The notes under the pieces were generated by a model, which was not told where the DNA came from, made no database searches, and was given only the letters and a program-made list of their open reading frames with translations. Source: Cytophagales bacterium (GTDB lineage: Bacteria; Bacteroidota; Bacteroidia; Cytophagales; UBA9547). From it: a stretch of 64,000 bases of DNA. The stretch spans positions 540 to 64,539 of the forward strand of contig REAG01000117.1 in assembly GCA_004294265.1 (NCBI GenBank). Direction: 5' to 3'. Shown here piece by piece: positions 8,043-16,415 of the stretch. A program made the position numbers and the translations under genes. Each line of letters opens with the position of its first letter. The first letter of the stretch is position 1.

Positions 8043-8271
8043 GGGAACCTCTAAAAACCCCAATATTATTTTTAAAAACCCCACCCAAACCCTCCCCAAG
8101 TGAGAGCAATGTCGTTAAGTTAAGATGCTCGAAAGTCCCTCCCCCTTTTTGGATTCTGCGTCTTCGTAGCAGAACTTGGATTTAGGGAGGGGTTTAATGA
8201 AAGTAATTTCTTTAACTTAACGACATTGCAAGTGAGAGAGCTTCATCGGAATTGAATTTTTAGGAGTTCAC
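8043..8271 (+). repeat. MITE-like GC-box element, composite/nested long copy (229 bp)
   Basis: Its ends match the 119-bp family (gggaacctctaaaaacc...tttttaggagttcac). The interior is a 122-bp unit bounded by an 18-bp perfect inverted repeat (8106-8123 / 8212-8229) and a 10-bp direct repeat caagtgagag (8097-8106 / 8229-8238). That unit carries an inverted second copy of the family core hairpin. Confidence 0.75.
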
Positions 8272-8281
8272 TAAATACAAA

Positions 8282-9187
8282 TTAAACTATAATATTACTT
8301 TTCTTATGAACGTGTTCGGGTAACTGACCGCCTCTTAAAATTGTGTTATTATTAAATTTTAAACCTAAATCAGTAGTTTCATTTAAAGTCCAATCCTCTT
8401 GTTTCATCATTCCAGTTTGTCCAAAAGCCAAAAGAGCATTTTCATAACATACTTTATTTATTGAATCAGCATCAAAACCACGTTCATTCATTAAACTAGC
8501 AGTTTTAGGAACTGCCAAAGGATCACTCACACCCCAATCGGCAGCACTATTGATGATAATTCTTTCAGTTCCATATTGCTTTACAATTTCTACCATACGT
8601 TCATTGCCCATTTTTGAATAAGGATAAATTGTAAATGCTGCCCAAAAACCTCTATCTAAAACCTCTTTTACAGTTTCTTCATTATTATGGTCAATTATTA
8701 CTTTACTAGGTAGTAAACCATGTTCTAAAGCTACATTCATGCTTTTAGTTGTGCCATTCTTTTTATCCCTATGAGGTGTATGAACTTGCACTAGAGTGTC
8801 CGTTTGTTTCGCTAACTCGAGCTGCAATCTATAAAATTTATCTTCTAAAGGCGTTTGTTCATCATAACCAATTTCTCCAATACCTACAACATGTTCTTTA
8901 CCTATAAAAAGAGGTAAAATGTCCATAACTTGTTCTGCTAATGCCTCATTGTTTGCTTCTCTAGAATTTAAACCCATTGTGCAATAATGTTGAATACCGA
9001 ACTGAGAAGCCCTAAATCTCTCCCAACCAATCAGACTTGAAAAATAATCTTTAAAAGTACCAACTGAAGTACGAGGTTGACCAAGCCAAAAAGAAGGTTC
9101 AATAACAGCAACTATTCCAGCTTTCGACATAGCTTCGTAATCATCTGTCGTTCGACTAACCATGTGAATGTGAGGATCAATAAACAT
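8282..9187 (-). CDS. TatD-family / amidohydrolase-fold metal-dependent hydrolase
   Basis: MFIDPHIHM has an HxH metal-binding start, with later VQVHTPH and IIDHNNE. The ORF track extends to 9259, but the ATG at 9187 (MFIDPHIH) matches the usual family N-terminus. Confidence 0.65.
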   Translation of the reverse strand: MFIDPHIHMVSRTTDDYEAMSKAGIVAVIEPSFWLGQPRTSVGTFKDYFSSLIGWERFRASQFGIQHYCTMGLNSREANNEALAEQVMDILPLFIGKEHVVGIGEIGYDEQTPLEDKFYRLQLELAKQTDTLVQVHTPHRDKKNGTTKSMNVALEHGLLPSKVIIDHNNEETVKEVLDRGFWAAFTIYPYSKMGNERMVEIVKQYGTERIIINSAADWGVSDPLAVPKTASLMNERGFDADSINKVCYENALLAFGQTGMMKQEDWTLNETTDLGLKFNNNTILRGGQLPEHVHKKSNIIV

Positions 9188-9320
9188 ATATAAATTAGAA
9201 TAAGAACAAAAGTAAAGGGCTTGAAACGAAACCATGGTTTCTCTCAAGCCCTCTAACATATATTTAAGTATTTACGTTATTAATTAGAATACAAATAACA
9301 TGCCAAACTACTTATAAGTA

Positions 9321-9464
9321 TCAGTTAAAAATTTCTTTTTTAACTGATTTATTTTTCTTTTCCCATGGATTAGTAGTTTTCCGAGACATATCATAAACAA
9401 AATATCCAACAAAAAGAAAAAAAACAATAGAAAGTAAGATAAATAAAAATCTTTTGAGACTCAT
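9321..9464 (-). CDS. possible small membrane protein (47 aa)
   Basis: My own translation gives MSLKRFLFILLSIVFFLFVGYFVYDMSRKTTNPWEKKNKSVKKEIFN*. It has one clear TM helix followed by a basic tail. It is below the ORF-track cutoff and no homology was recognised. Confidence 0.25.
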   Translation of the reverse strand: MSLKRFLFILLSIVFFLFVGYFVYDMSRKTTNPWEKKNKSVKKEIFN

Positions 9465-9496
9465 AAATTAAAACTTAATATTAAAGTAATATAAAT

Positions 9497-9535
9497 AATA
9501 AATGGCAACTATGAAAAACATAATTGCCATTTATT
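9497..9535 (-). terminator. hairpin downstream of the cytochrome oxidase operon
   Basis: 12-bp perfect stem aataaatggcaa / ttgccatttatt with a 15-nt loop, 20 nt after the coxI stop. The flanks are AT-rich on both sides. Confidence 0.45.
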
Positions 9536-9554
9536 TTTTAAAAAAATATAGTTA

Positions 9555-11396
9555 TTAATGAATAATTTCAGATTTAGCATCCTCTATCTCGTGAGGTAGA
9601 TTACTTTCTGGAGTATGATTTAAAGGTACAGTTTGAGGTATAAAATCACTTTCAGCACCTGGTTTTGAATAATCATAAGGCCAACGATAAACACTTGGTA
9701 TTTCACCCTCCCAATTTCCATGACCAACATTAACAGGAGTAGTCCATTCTAAAGTATTTGATTTCCAAGGGTTTTGAGTTGATCTACGTCCTTTAAAGAT
9801 GCTATAGAAAAAGTTAAAACCAAAAATCATTTGAGATGAAAATGTTATTATTGCTGCTACACTGATAAACATATTCAAATCGCCAAATGTACTAAAAGCA
9901 TCATAACTTGTAAATGAATAATATCTACGAGGGAAACCAGCTATACCAATATAGTGCATAGGAAAGAAAACCATATAAACTCCTATAAAAGTCATCCAAA
10001 AATGAACATAACCTAATCTTTCATCCATCATTCTACCAAACATTTTAGGAAACCAATGATAAACACCAGCCATAAATCCAAAGAAAGAAGCGGAACCCAT
10101 AACCAAATGAAAATGTGCTACAACATAATAAGTATCATGTAATTGTATATCAAGTGCTGAATTTCCTAATATGATACCAGTTAAACCACCAGAAATAAAC
10201 AATGAAACTAATCCAATAGAAAACAACATGGCGGGTGTAAAAACAATATTACCTCTCCAAAGTGTTGCAATATAATTAAATGCTTTTACTGCTGATGGAA
10301 CTGCAATTATGAGCGTTAAGAACATAAAAACTGAACCTAAGAAAGGATTCATGCCCGTTATAAACATGTGATGAGCCCATACAATGAATGAAAGGAATGC
10401 AATACCTAAAATTGAGCCAATCATTGCTCTATAACCAAATATTGGTTTGCGAGAATTTGTAGCTATAATTTCAGAAGTAATACCTAAAGCTGGTAAAAGT
10501 ACAATATAAACCTCAGGATGACCTAAAAACCAAAATAAATGTTGGAATAAAATTGGAGATCCTCCCATGTTATGCAAAGCTTCACCACCGATATAAATTT
10601 CAGATAAATAGAAGCTAGTTCCAAAGCTTCTATCGAATACTAACAACAAGGCTGCTGAAAACAAAACGGGAAAAGACAAAACACCAATAATTGCTGTTAT
10701 AAAGAAAGCCCATATTGTTAATGGTAATCTTGTAAAGCTCATACCATTAGTTCTCATATTAATAATAGTTGTAATATAGTTTATAGAACCTAACAATGAA
10801 GAAACTATAAAAATTGCCATAGAACATAACCATAAAGTCATTCCTAATCCTGACCCTGACATAGCTTGAGGTAAAGCACTTAAAGGAGGATAAATAACCC
10901 AACCTCCTGAAGCAGGACCTGTTTCTAAAAACAATGAAACAAACATAAGCATTGATGAAACAAAGAAAAACCAATATGATAACATATTAAGAAATCCAGA
11001 AGCCATATCTCTTGCTCCAATTTGCAAAGGAATTAGAAAATTAGAGAAAGTTCCACTCAAACCAGCAGTCAATACAAAGAAAACCATAATAGTACCATGC
11101 ATTGTAACAAGTGCAAGATAAAAAGATGGATCTAACTTACCATTTTGAATCCACTCTCCCAAAATAGGTTTTAACCACTCTAAATTTGCATCAGGAAAAC
11201 CCAATTGTAAACGAAATAGAATAGAAAATCCTCCGCCAATAAGAGCCCAAATCAGACCAGATATTAAAAACTGTTTTGAAATTACTTTGTGATCTTCACT
11301 GAAAATATATTTTTGAACGAAATTTAATTCATGATGATCATGCTCGTGTTCATGTGCATGAATGTCATGTGCTGAAATTGTTGCTGTTGCTGACAT
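9555..11396 (-). CDS. ctaD: cytochrome c oxidase subunit I (heme-copper oxidase)
   Basis: FWFLGHPEVYIVLLP, WAHHMFITGM, VAHFHLVMG and 12 or more TM helices. Confidence 0.95.
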   Translation of the reverse strand: MSATATISAHDIHAHEHEHDHHELNFVQKYIFSEDHKVISKQFLISGLIWALIGGGFSILFRLQLGFPDANLEWLKPILGEWIQNGKLDPSFYLALVTMHGTIMVFFVLTAGLSGTFSNFLIPLQIGARDMASGFLNMLSYWFFFVSSMLMFVSLFLETGPASGGWVIYPPLSALPQAMSGSGLGMTLWLCSMAIFIVSSLLGSINYITTIINMRTNGMSFTRLPLTIWAFFITAIIGVLSFPVLFSAALLLVFDRSFGTSFYLSEIYIGGEALHNMGGSPILFQHLFWFLGHPEVYIVLLPALGITSEIIATNSRKPIFGYRAMIGSILGIAFLSFIVWAHHMFITGMNPFLGSVFMFLTLIIAVPSAVKAFNYIATLWRGNIVFTPAMLFSIGLVSLFISGGLTGIILGNSALDIQLHDTYYVVAHFHLVMGSASFFGFMAGVYHWFPKMFGRMMDERLGYVHFWMTFIGVYMVFFPMHYIGIAGFPRRYYSFTSYDAFSTFGDLNMFISVAAIITFSSQMIFGFNFFYSIFKGRRSTQNPWKSNTLEWTTPVNVGHGNWEGEIPSVYRWPYDYSKPGAESDFIPQTVPLNHTPESNLPHEIEDAKSEIIH

Positions 11397-11424
11397 TTTA
11401 TGTTTTTTAAATAATTAATAATTT

Positions 11425-12441
11425 TTACTTTATAGCTATGTTTTTACTATCTAATTGAATATTTGCTAAATATTCAGGATTTTTTTTCAAAAAAGCTTCT
11501 TGAGATGAATACCATTTTTCAAAGTCTTCTGGTTCATCTACAACTAAAAGAAATTTCATCCCAAAATGCCCTTTTCCACAAACTTCCGTACAAGCTAATT
11601 CATATTTAAAATCTGATTTTCCTGTAATAGACTTCATTTCATCAGTTGTATATATTGGTGTAAACCAAAATGTGGTGGGCATACCAGGAACAGCGTCCAT
11701 TTTTTGCCTAAAATGAGGCAAGAAAACTGAATGTAATACATCTCTTGCTCTTATTTTAAACTGAACTGGTTTACCTTTAGGAATATGAATTTCTCTAGGA
11801 AGAAAGTCATCATAACTTAATTTGTCCGAAAAATCTATCCCAACTTCATTCGTAGCGTCAATCATTTTATAATTGTAAGTTCCTAACTTACCATCTTTTC
11901 CAGGATAACGAACAATCCAGTTGAATTGTTTGCCTGTAATTTCTAAAACAACAGCATCTTTAGGTGCTGGAGCTGTTATATCTGTCCAAGTTTTGTAACC
12001 ATAAATTACCAAAACAGTTAATACAATAGCAGGAATTACAGTCCAAATAATTTCCAATTTATGATTATCTGGATAAAAGAATGCTTTTCTATCTTCTTTA
12101 TATTGATATTTATAAGGAAAATAAAATAATAAAACATTAGTCGCTACAAAAGCAATCATAATAATGATTGTTATAATCCAAAAAAGATTATCAGTAATTA
12201 TACCATGTTCCGAAGCAGGTTTAGGTAAGTAAAATTCAGAAAATTTACTTGCTGACCAAAATATTAATGCCAAACCTACTATAAAAAATATTGGAAATAA
12301 AACAGCATTAATACTATTGCTTGAACCAACACGTTTATTATACGATCCTTTCAATATGGATAAAAGCGAACCAACTCTAACCAATAAAAAGAAAATAATT
12401 AACAATAATATTACAGTTGCAGAAATTATAAATGTATTCAT
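11425..12441 (-). CDS. ctaC: cytochrome c oxidase subunit II
   Basis: Two N-terminal TM helices and a CuA centre, HSVFLPHF...CTEVCGKGHFGM. Confidence 0.9.
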   Translation of the reverse strand: MNTFIISATVILLLIIFFLLVRVGSLLSILKGSYNKRVGSSNSINAVLFPIFFIVGLALIFWSASKFSEFYLPKPASEHGIITDNLFWIITIIIMIAFVATNVLLFYFPYKYQYKEDRKAFFYPDNHKLEIIWTVIPAIVLTVLVIYGYKTWTDITAPAPKDAVVLEITGKQFNWIVRYPGKDGKLGTYNYKMIDATNEVGIDFSDKLSYDDFLPREIHIPKGKPVQFKIRARDVLHSVFLPHFRQKMDAVPGMPTTFWFTPIYTTDEMKSITGKSDFKYELACTEVCGKGHFGMKFLLVVDEPEDFEKWYSSQEAFLKKNPEYLANIQLDSKNIAIK

Positions 12442-12499
12442 TAAATTATTATTTAAGTACTATACAAACTGTTATAGCACGTTGTTTTAAAATTTTAAA

Positions 12500-13798
12500 T
12501 TAAATATTATGTTGAATAGCTTCTTTTAGAAAAGGATGATTAGCTGGTATCAATTTTGCTTTAGTTAATGAATTAGTAACAACCATAATAAATAAAGTAC
12601 CGAATGAAATAGCTGTACCTAATTCTATAAGACCTAAATCACTAGTTCCTTTAGTTGTTCCTGGCATAATCATCAAATAAAAGTCAAACCAATGACCTAT
12701 AATAATTGCTATTGTTACAACTTTAAGCATTGATAGCTGTCTTTTTGCATCTCTAGTCATTAAAGCAAGAAATGGAAATGCAAAATTAATAAATAAATTA
12801 AAGAACAAAAGAAAAGTATATTTACCATCAAAACCTCTAATTCTATCAATAAAATAAACAGTTTCTTCAGGTAAATTTGCATAGAAAATCAACAAAAATT
12901 GACTAAACCAAATATATGTCCAAAAAATACTGAAAGCAAACATAAATTTACCTAAATCATGAAAATGATTCATATTCATCGCTTTCAAATATCCATTTTC
13001 TTTCAAAAACACACAAATCAAACATATTGTTGATAATCCAGTAACCCACCAGCTAGCAAAAACATACCATCCAAACATAGTTGAAAACCAATGTGTGTCA
13101 ATAGACATAATCCAATCCCAAGCTGCCATTGGCGTTGTTACTGCAAAAATAATTATAAATACAGCTGATAGATAACCTGATTTATGATAAAAAGATTCAC
13201 CACCTGTTAAATCTTCTTGTAATGAATAAGAACGTATTTTAGACCAAACAAAGTACCACAAACCGAAAAATGCAATCATTCTACCTAAATAAAAAGGCAA
13301 ATTTAACCACGCAGCTTTTCCCGCTATGATAGAATCATAATTTTCAGAGCCTTTTTCCATAATTCCATGATGCAACCAATGAAACAATAAATCATGATGT
13401 CCTAAAAAGTAATTTGCTAGAAAAATAACAACTATTATTGCACCACCAACTGGAATAAAAGCACCCATAGCTTCAGGTATTCTTTTCAAGACAGAAGACC
13501 ATCCAGCCCAAGCTACATACTGTACACAAACGAAAAACAAACCCATGGCTGAAATACCAGTAAAAAATATAGCATTTTGCCATAAAACTGCCCAAATACG
13601 CATCATAAATGAAGGACCATGACCATGAGATCCCTCAGAAGCTTCAGCGACTTCGTGACCATGTCCGCCAAACATAGCAAACAGAACTCCAACTGTAAAC
13701 AATAAAACACCAACTATTAAAGCGATATTTAAGTTCTTTTTAAATTTTGATGATAGAGACAACTGCTCATCTACCGATACTTCTATATGATGTAACAT
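12500..13798 (-). CDS. actF: Alternative Complex III subunit ActF (quinol:cytochrome c oxidoreductase quinone-binding subunit 2)
   Basis: Polytopic NrfD-like membrane protein in the last position of the actABCDEF order, immediately upstream of coxII as in flavobacterial ACIII-cox clusters. Confidence 0.7.
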   Translation of the reverse strand: MLHHIEVSVDEQLSLSSKFKKNLNIALIVGVLLFTVGVLFAMFGGHGHEVAEASEGSHGHGPSFMMRIWAVLWQNAIFFTGISAMGLFFVCVQYVAWAGWSSVLKRIPEAMGAFIPVGGAIIVVIFLANYFLGHHDLLFHWLHHGIMEKGSENYDSIIAGKAAWLNLPFYLGRMIAFFGLWYFVWSKIRSYSLQEDLTGGESFYHKSGYLSAVFIIIFAVTTPMAAWDWIMSIDTHWFSTMFGWYVFASWWVTGLSTICLICVFLKENGYLKAMNMNHFHDLGKFMFAFSIFWTYIWFSQFLLIFYANLPEETVYFIDRIRGFDGKYTFLLFFNLFINFAFPFLALMTRDAKRQLSMLKVVTIAIIIGHWFDFYLMIMPGTTKGTSDLGLIELGTAISFGTLFIMVVTNSLTKAKLIPANHPFLKEAIQHNI

Positions 13799-13822
13799 TA
13801 TGTAATTATAATATTCGATTAA

Positions 13823-14452
13823 TTATTCTTGATTTTGTAAAGTTTGGACATAAAGAACGATTTTCCATCGGTCTTCAGGATTTATTTGAGATGCATGAGA
13901 CCACATTCTGTTTCTTCCAAAAGTTATGGTATGCCAAATATGTCCTTCTGTATCCATTTTAACTGAACCTTTGCTGTAAGATGGCACCCCTTTATATATT
14001 TTACCTACTTCACCATCACCTTGACCATTTTCACCATGACAATGTTTACAAAAATTTGTATAAAGTACTTTACCCTGCTCTAACAATGCAACTGAATCAC
14101 TTAAAAAAGTAGATTTTAATTTGAGAGGATTTTTTAATGTTCTACCAGATAACTGAAAACTATCTTTATCTATGTGATATGTAGCTGGAATAACAACTCC
14201 AGAATTTCCAAAATTAAAATTAAACTTACTAATTTTTAATGTGTTAGTTACAGGCTTTCTCATATTCATCTTGTAAGGATTATTTGGATTGGAATTATAA
14301 TCCGCATTTTTTTCATCTACAATTTGAGATAAAGGCTCATAAGCCTCTGAATGATACATTTCATTAGCATATTCAGTTCCAGTATTATTCAAATCTTTTT
14401 TACAAGAAAAAAGAGTAATTGTTGTTGCAATTAATATAAATATATTTTTCAT
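13823..14452 (-). CDS. actE: ACIII monoheme cytochrome c subunit ActE (lipoprotein)
   Basis: Single CxxCH motif (CKHCHG). The likely start is MKNIFILIATTITLFSC (lipobox) at 14452, rather than the track start 14494, which would overlap actD. Confidence 0.75.
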   Translation of the reverse strand: MKNIFILIATTITLFSCKKDLNNTGTEYANEMYHSEAYEPLSQIVDEKNADYNSNPNNPYKMNMRKPVTNTLKISKFNFNFGNSGVVIPATYHIDKDSFQLSGRTLKNPLKLKSTFLSDSVALLEQGKVLYTNFCKHCHGENGQGDGEVGKIYKGVPSYSKGSVKMDTEGHIWHTITFGRNRMWSHASQINPEDRWKIVLYVQTLQNQE

Positions 14453-14459
14453 AATAAAA

Positions 14460-14984
14460 TTAAAGTTCTTTTTCGTTAACTTCAGTTGCTCCATGCGACA
14501 TTAAAATTTGAGACAACTCATCTTTGCTTAGTTTATTTTTTGATAAATCAATAGCAACTATAAATTTATCGTCTGTACTTCTTTTATCAAATATAACAGG
14601 TTTAGACCAAGGAGCTAATCCACTAGAAACAAAAAAAGTACCAACCATACCAAAAGCGGCAAACAAAACAGTTCCTTCAAAAGTGATTGGAATAAAGTTT
14701 GGAATTGAGGCATTAGGTTTTCCACCTACATTCATAGGCCAATCAATACCATTCATTGATATCATCATTGATAAAGCGAGTGTACAACCCGTTAATCCAA
14801 ATAGAAAAGCTGCCATAGGTAATCGAGATCTTTTATAACCTAAATTTTCATCTAACCCATGAATAGGATATGGAGTAAATACCTCTTGAATTTTTACACC
14901 AAGATTACGAATGTCATGAACACCATGCATTAATACATCTTCGTCATCAAAAACTCCCAAAATAAAATGTTTTGAAACTGACAT
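14460..14984 (-). CDS. actD: ACIII membrane subunit ActD (DUF3341)
   Basis: About 174 aa with a central TM pair. Its position between actC and actE is typical of the quinol:cytochrome c oxidoreductase membrane protein. Confidence 0.75.
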   Translation of the reverse strand: MSVSKHFILGVFDDEDVLMHGVHDIRNLGVKIQEVFTPYPIHGLDENLGYKRSRLPMAAFLFGLTGCTLALSMMISMNGIDWPMNVGGKPNASIPNFIPITFEGTVLFAAFGMVGTFFVSSGLAPWSKPVIFDKRSTDDKFIVAIDLSKNKLSKDELSQILMSHGATEVNEKEL

Positions 14985-14996
14985 TAAAATTATAAA

Positions 14997-16391
14997 TTAG
15001 TGTGAATGAACATTAGATTTAAAATCAACTACTGAATTAGTTTCAGAAGAAGACTTCAATACAGATTTGATTTCAGCCATATTTACCACTGGCAAAAACT
15101 TGCTAAAGAGGAAAAATAAAGTAAAAAACAAACCAAATGAATTTATATAAACGCCTACATCTACTGAAGTTGCATAAAACATAGCCCAACTAGATGGAAC
15201 ATAATCTCTGTGTAAGGATGAAACAATAATTACAAATCTTTCAAACCACATTCCAATATTTACAATAATTGAAATTATAAATGTAGCTGCAATACTTCTT
15301 CTTATTTTTTTAATCCAAAACAACTGTGGAGAAATCACATTACAAGTCATCATACACCAGTATGCCCACCAATACGGACCAGTTGCTCTATTAATAAAGC
15401 AATAGCTTTCATATTCAACACCCGAGTACCAAGCTATAAAAAATTCTGTTAAGTAGGCAACACCAACAATAGAACCAGTCAAAATAATGATTTTATTCAT
15501 TGTTTCAATATGTTCTAAAGTAATATAATCCTCTAATTTGTAAACTGATCTAGTTATAATCATCAAAGTTAAAACCATTGCAAAACCAGAAAAGATAGCT
15601 CCAGCAACAAAATAAGGAGGGAAAATAGTTGTATGCCATCCTGGAATAACAGAAGTTGCAAAATCCATAGATACTATTGTATGTACTGAAAGTACAAGTG
15701 GAGTAGATAAACCAGCCAATATTAACGAAACTGATTCATATCGAGACCAATCTTTTGCTCCGCCAGTCCAACCAAAAGACATGGCTCCATAAACGATTTT
15801 AGAGATTTTTGTAGTTGCTCTATCTCTTATGGTAGATAAATCAGGAATCATTCCAATATACCAAAACACCAAAGAAACAGATAAATAAGTAGAAATTGCG
15901 AATACATCCCAAACCAAAGGCGAATTAAAATTTACCCAAAGTGAACCAAAAGTGTTAGGAAGTGGTAAAGGCCAATATCCTACCCAAGGACGACCCATGT
16001 GGCATAAAATAAAACTAGCTGCACATAAAACGGCAAATATAGTCATTGCCTCAGCCGCTCTGTTAATCGATGTTCTCCATTTTTGACGGAACAACAATAA
16101 CACGGCAGAAATTAATGTACCTGCATGACCAATACCAACCCACCAAACAAAATTTGTAATATCCCATGCCCAACCAACAGTTTTATTTAATCCCCACTCC
16201 CCTATTCCATACCATAAAGTTCGATATACATTATAAAGACCATAAGAAAGTGTTAATACAGAGATTCCAAACGCAATCATCCATGTTGGATTCGGTTTAG
16301 CTTCTACATGACGACAAATATCGTTGGTAACATCGTGTAGTGTCTTTCCACCAGTTACTAAAGGTGGTCTAATAGATGAACTTACTTGCAT
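14997..16391 (-). CDS. actC: ACIII subunit ActC (NrfD/PsrC-like quinol-binding membrane protein)
   Basis: Ten-TM NrfD-like protein directly downstream of the Fe-S/molybdopterin-like subunit. Confidence 0.85.
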   Translation of the reverse strand: MQVSSSIRPPLVTGGKTLHDVTNDICRHVEAKPNPTWMIAFGISVLTLSYGLYNVYRTLWYGIGEWGLNKTVGWAWDITNFVWWVGIGHAGTLISAVLLLFRQKWRTSINRAAEAMTIFAVLCAASFILCHMGRPWVGYWPLPLPNTFGSLWVNFNSPLVWDVFAISTYLSVSLVFWYIGMIPDLSTIRDRATTKISKIVYGAMSFGWTGGAKDWSRYESVSLILAGLSTPLVLSVHTIVSMDFATSVIPGWHTTIFPPYFVAGAIFSGFAMVLTLMIITRSVYKLEDYITLEHIETMNKIIILTGSIVGVAYLTEFFIAWYSGVEYESYCFINRATGPYWWAYWCMMTCNVISPQLFWIKKIRRSIAATFIISIIVNIGMWFERFVIIVSSLHRDYVPSSWAMFYATSVDVGVYINSFGLFFTLFFLFSKFLPVVNMAEIKSVLKSSSETNSVVDFKSNVHSH

Positions 16392-16415
16392 ATTCTAATT
16401 ATAAATTAATATTTT

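Noticed and set aside
8282-9259. Long N-terminal extension of the TatD-like ORF (MLEGLRETMVSFQALYFCSYSNLY...)
   Set aside because: The family normally starts at the HxH motif, and an ATG at 9187 gives MFIDPHIHM. The extension is probably not translated, so the shorter model is reported.
10759-10974. Same-strand alternative-frame ORF within cytochrome oxidase subunit I, and similar internal ORFs in actB, actD, actA, ald, gldM, gldN, gldK, groEL, dnaE and others
   Set aside because: Each is embedded in a confidently identified conserved gene and has no motifs. These are typical spurious frames in AT-rich DNA.
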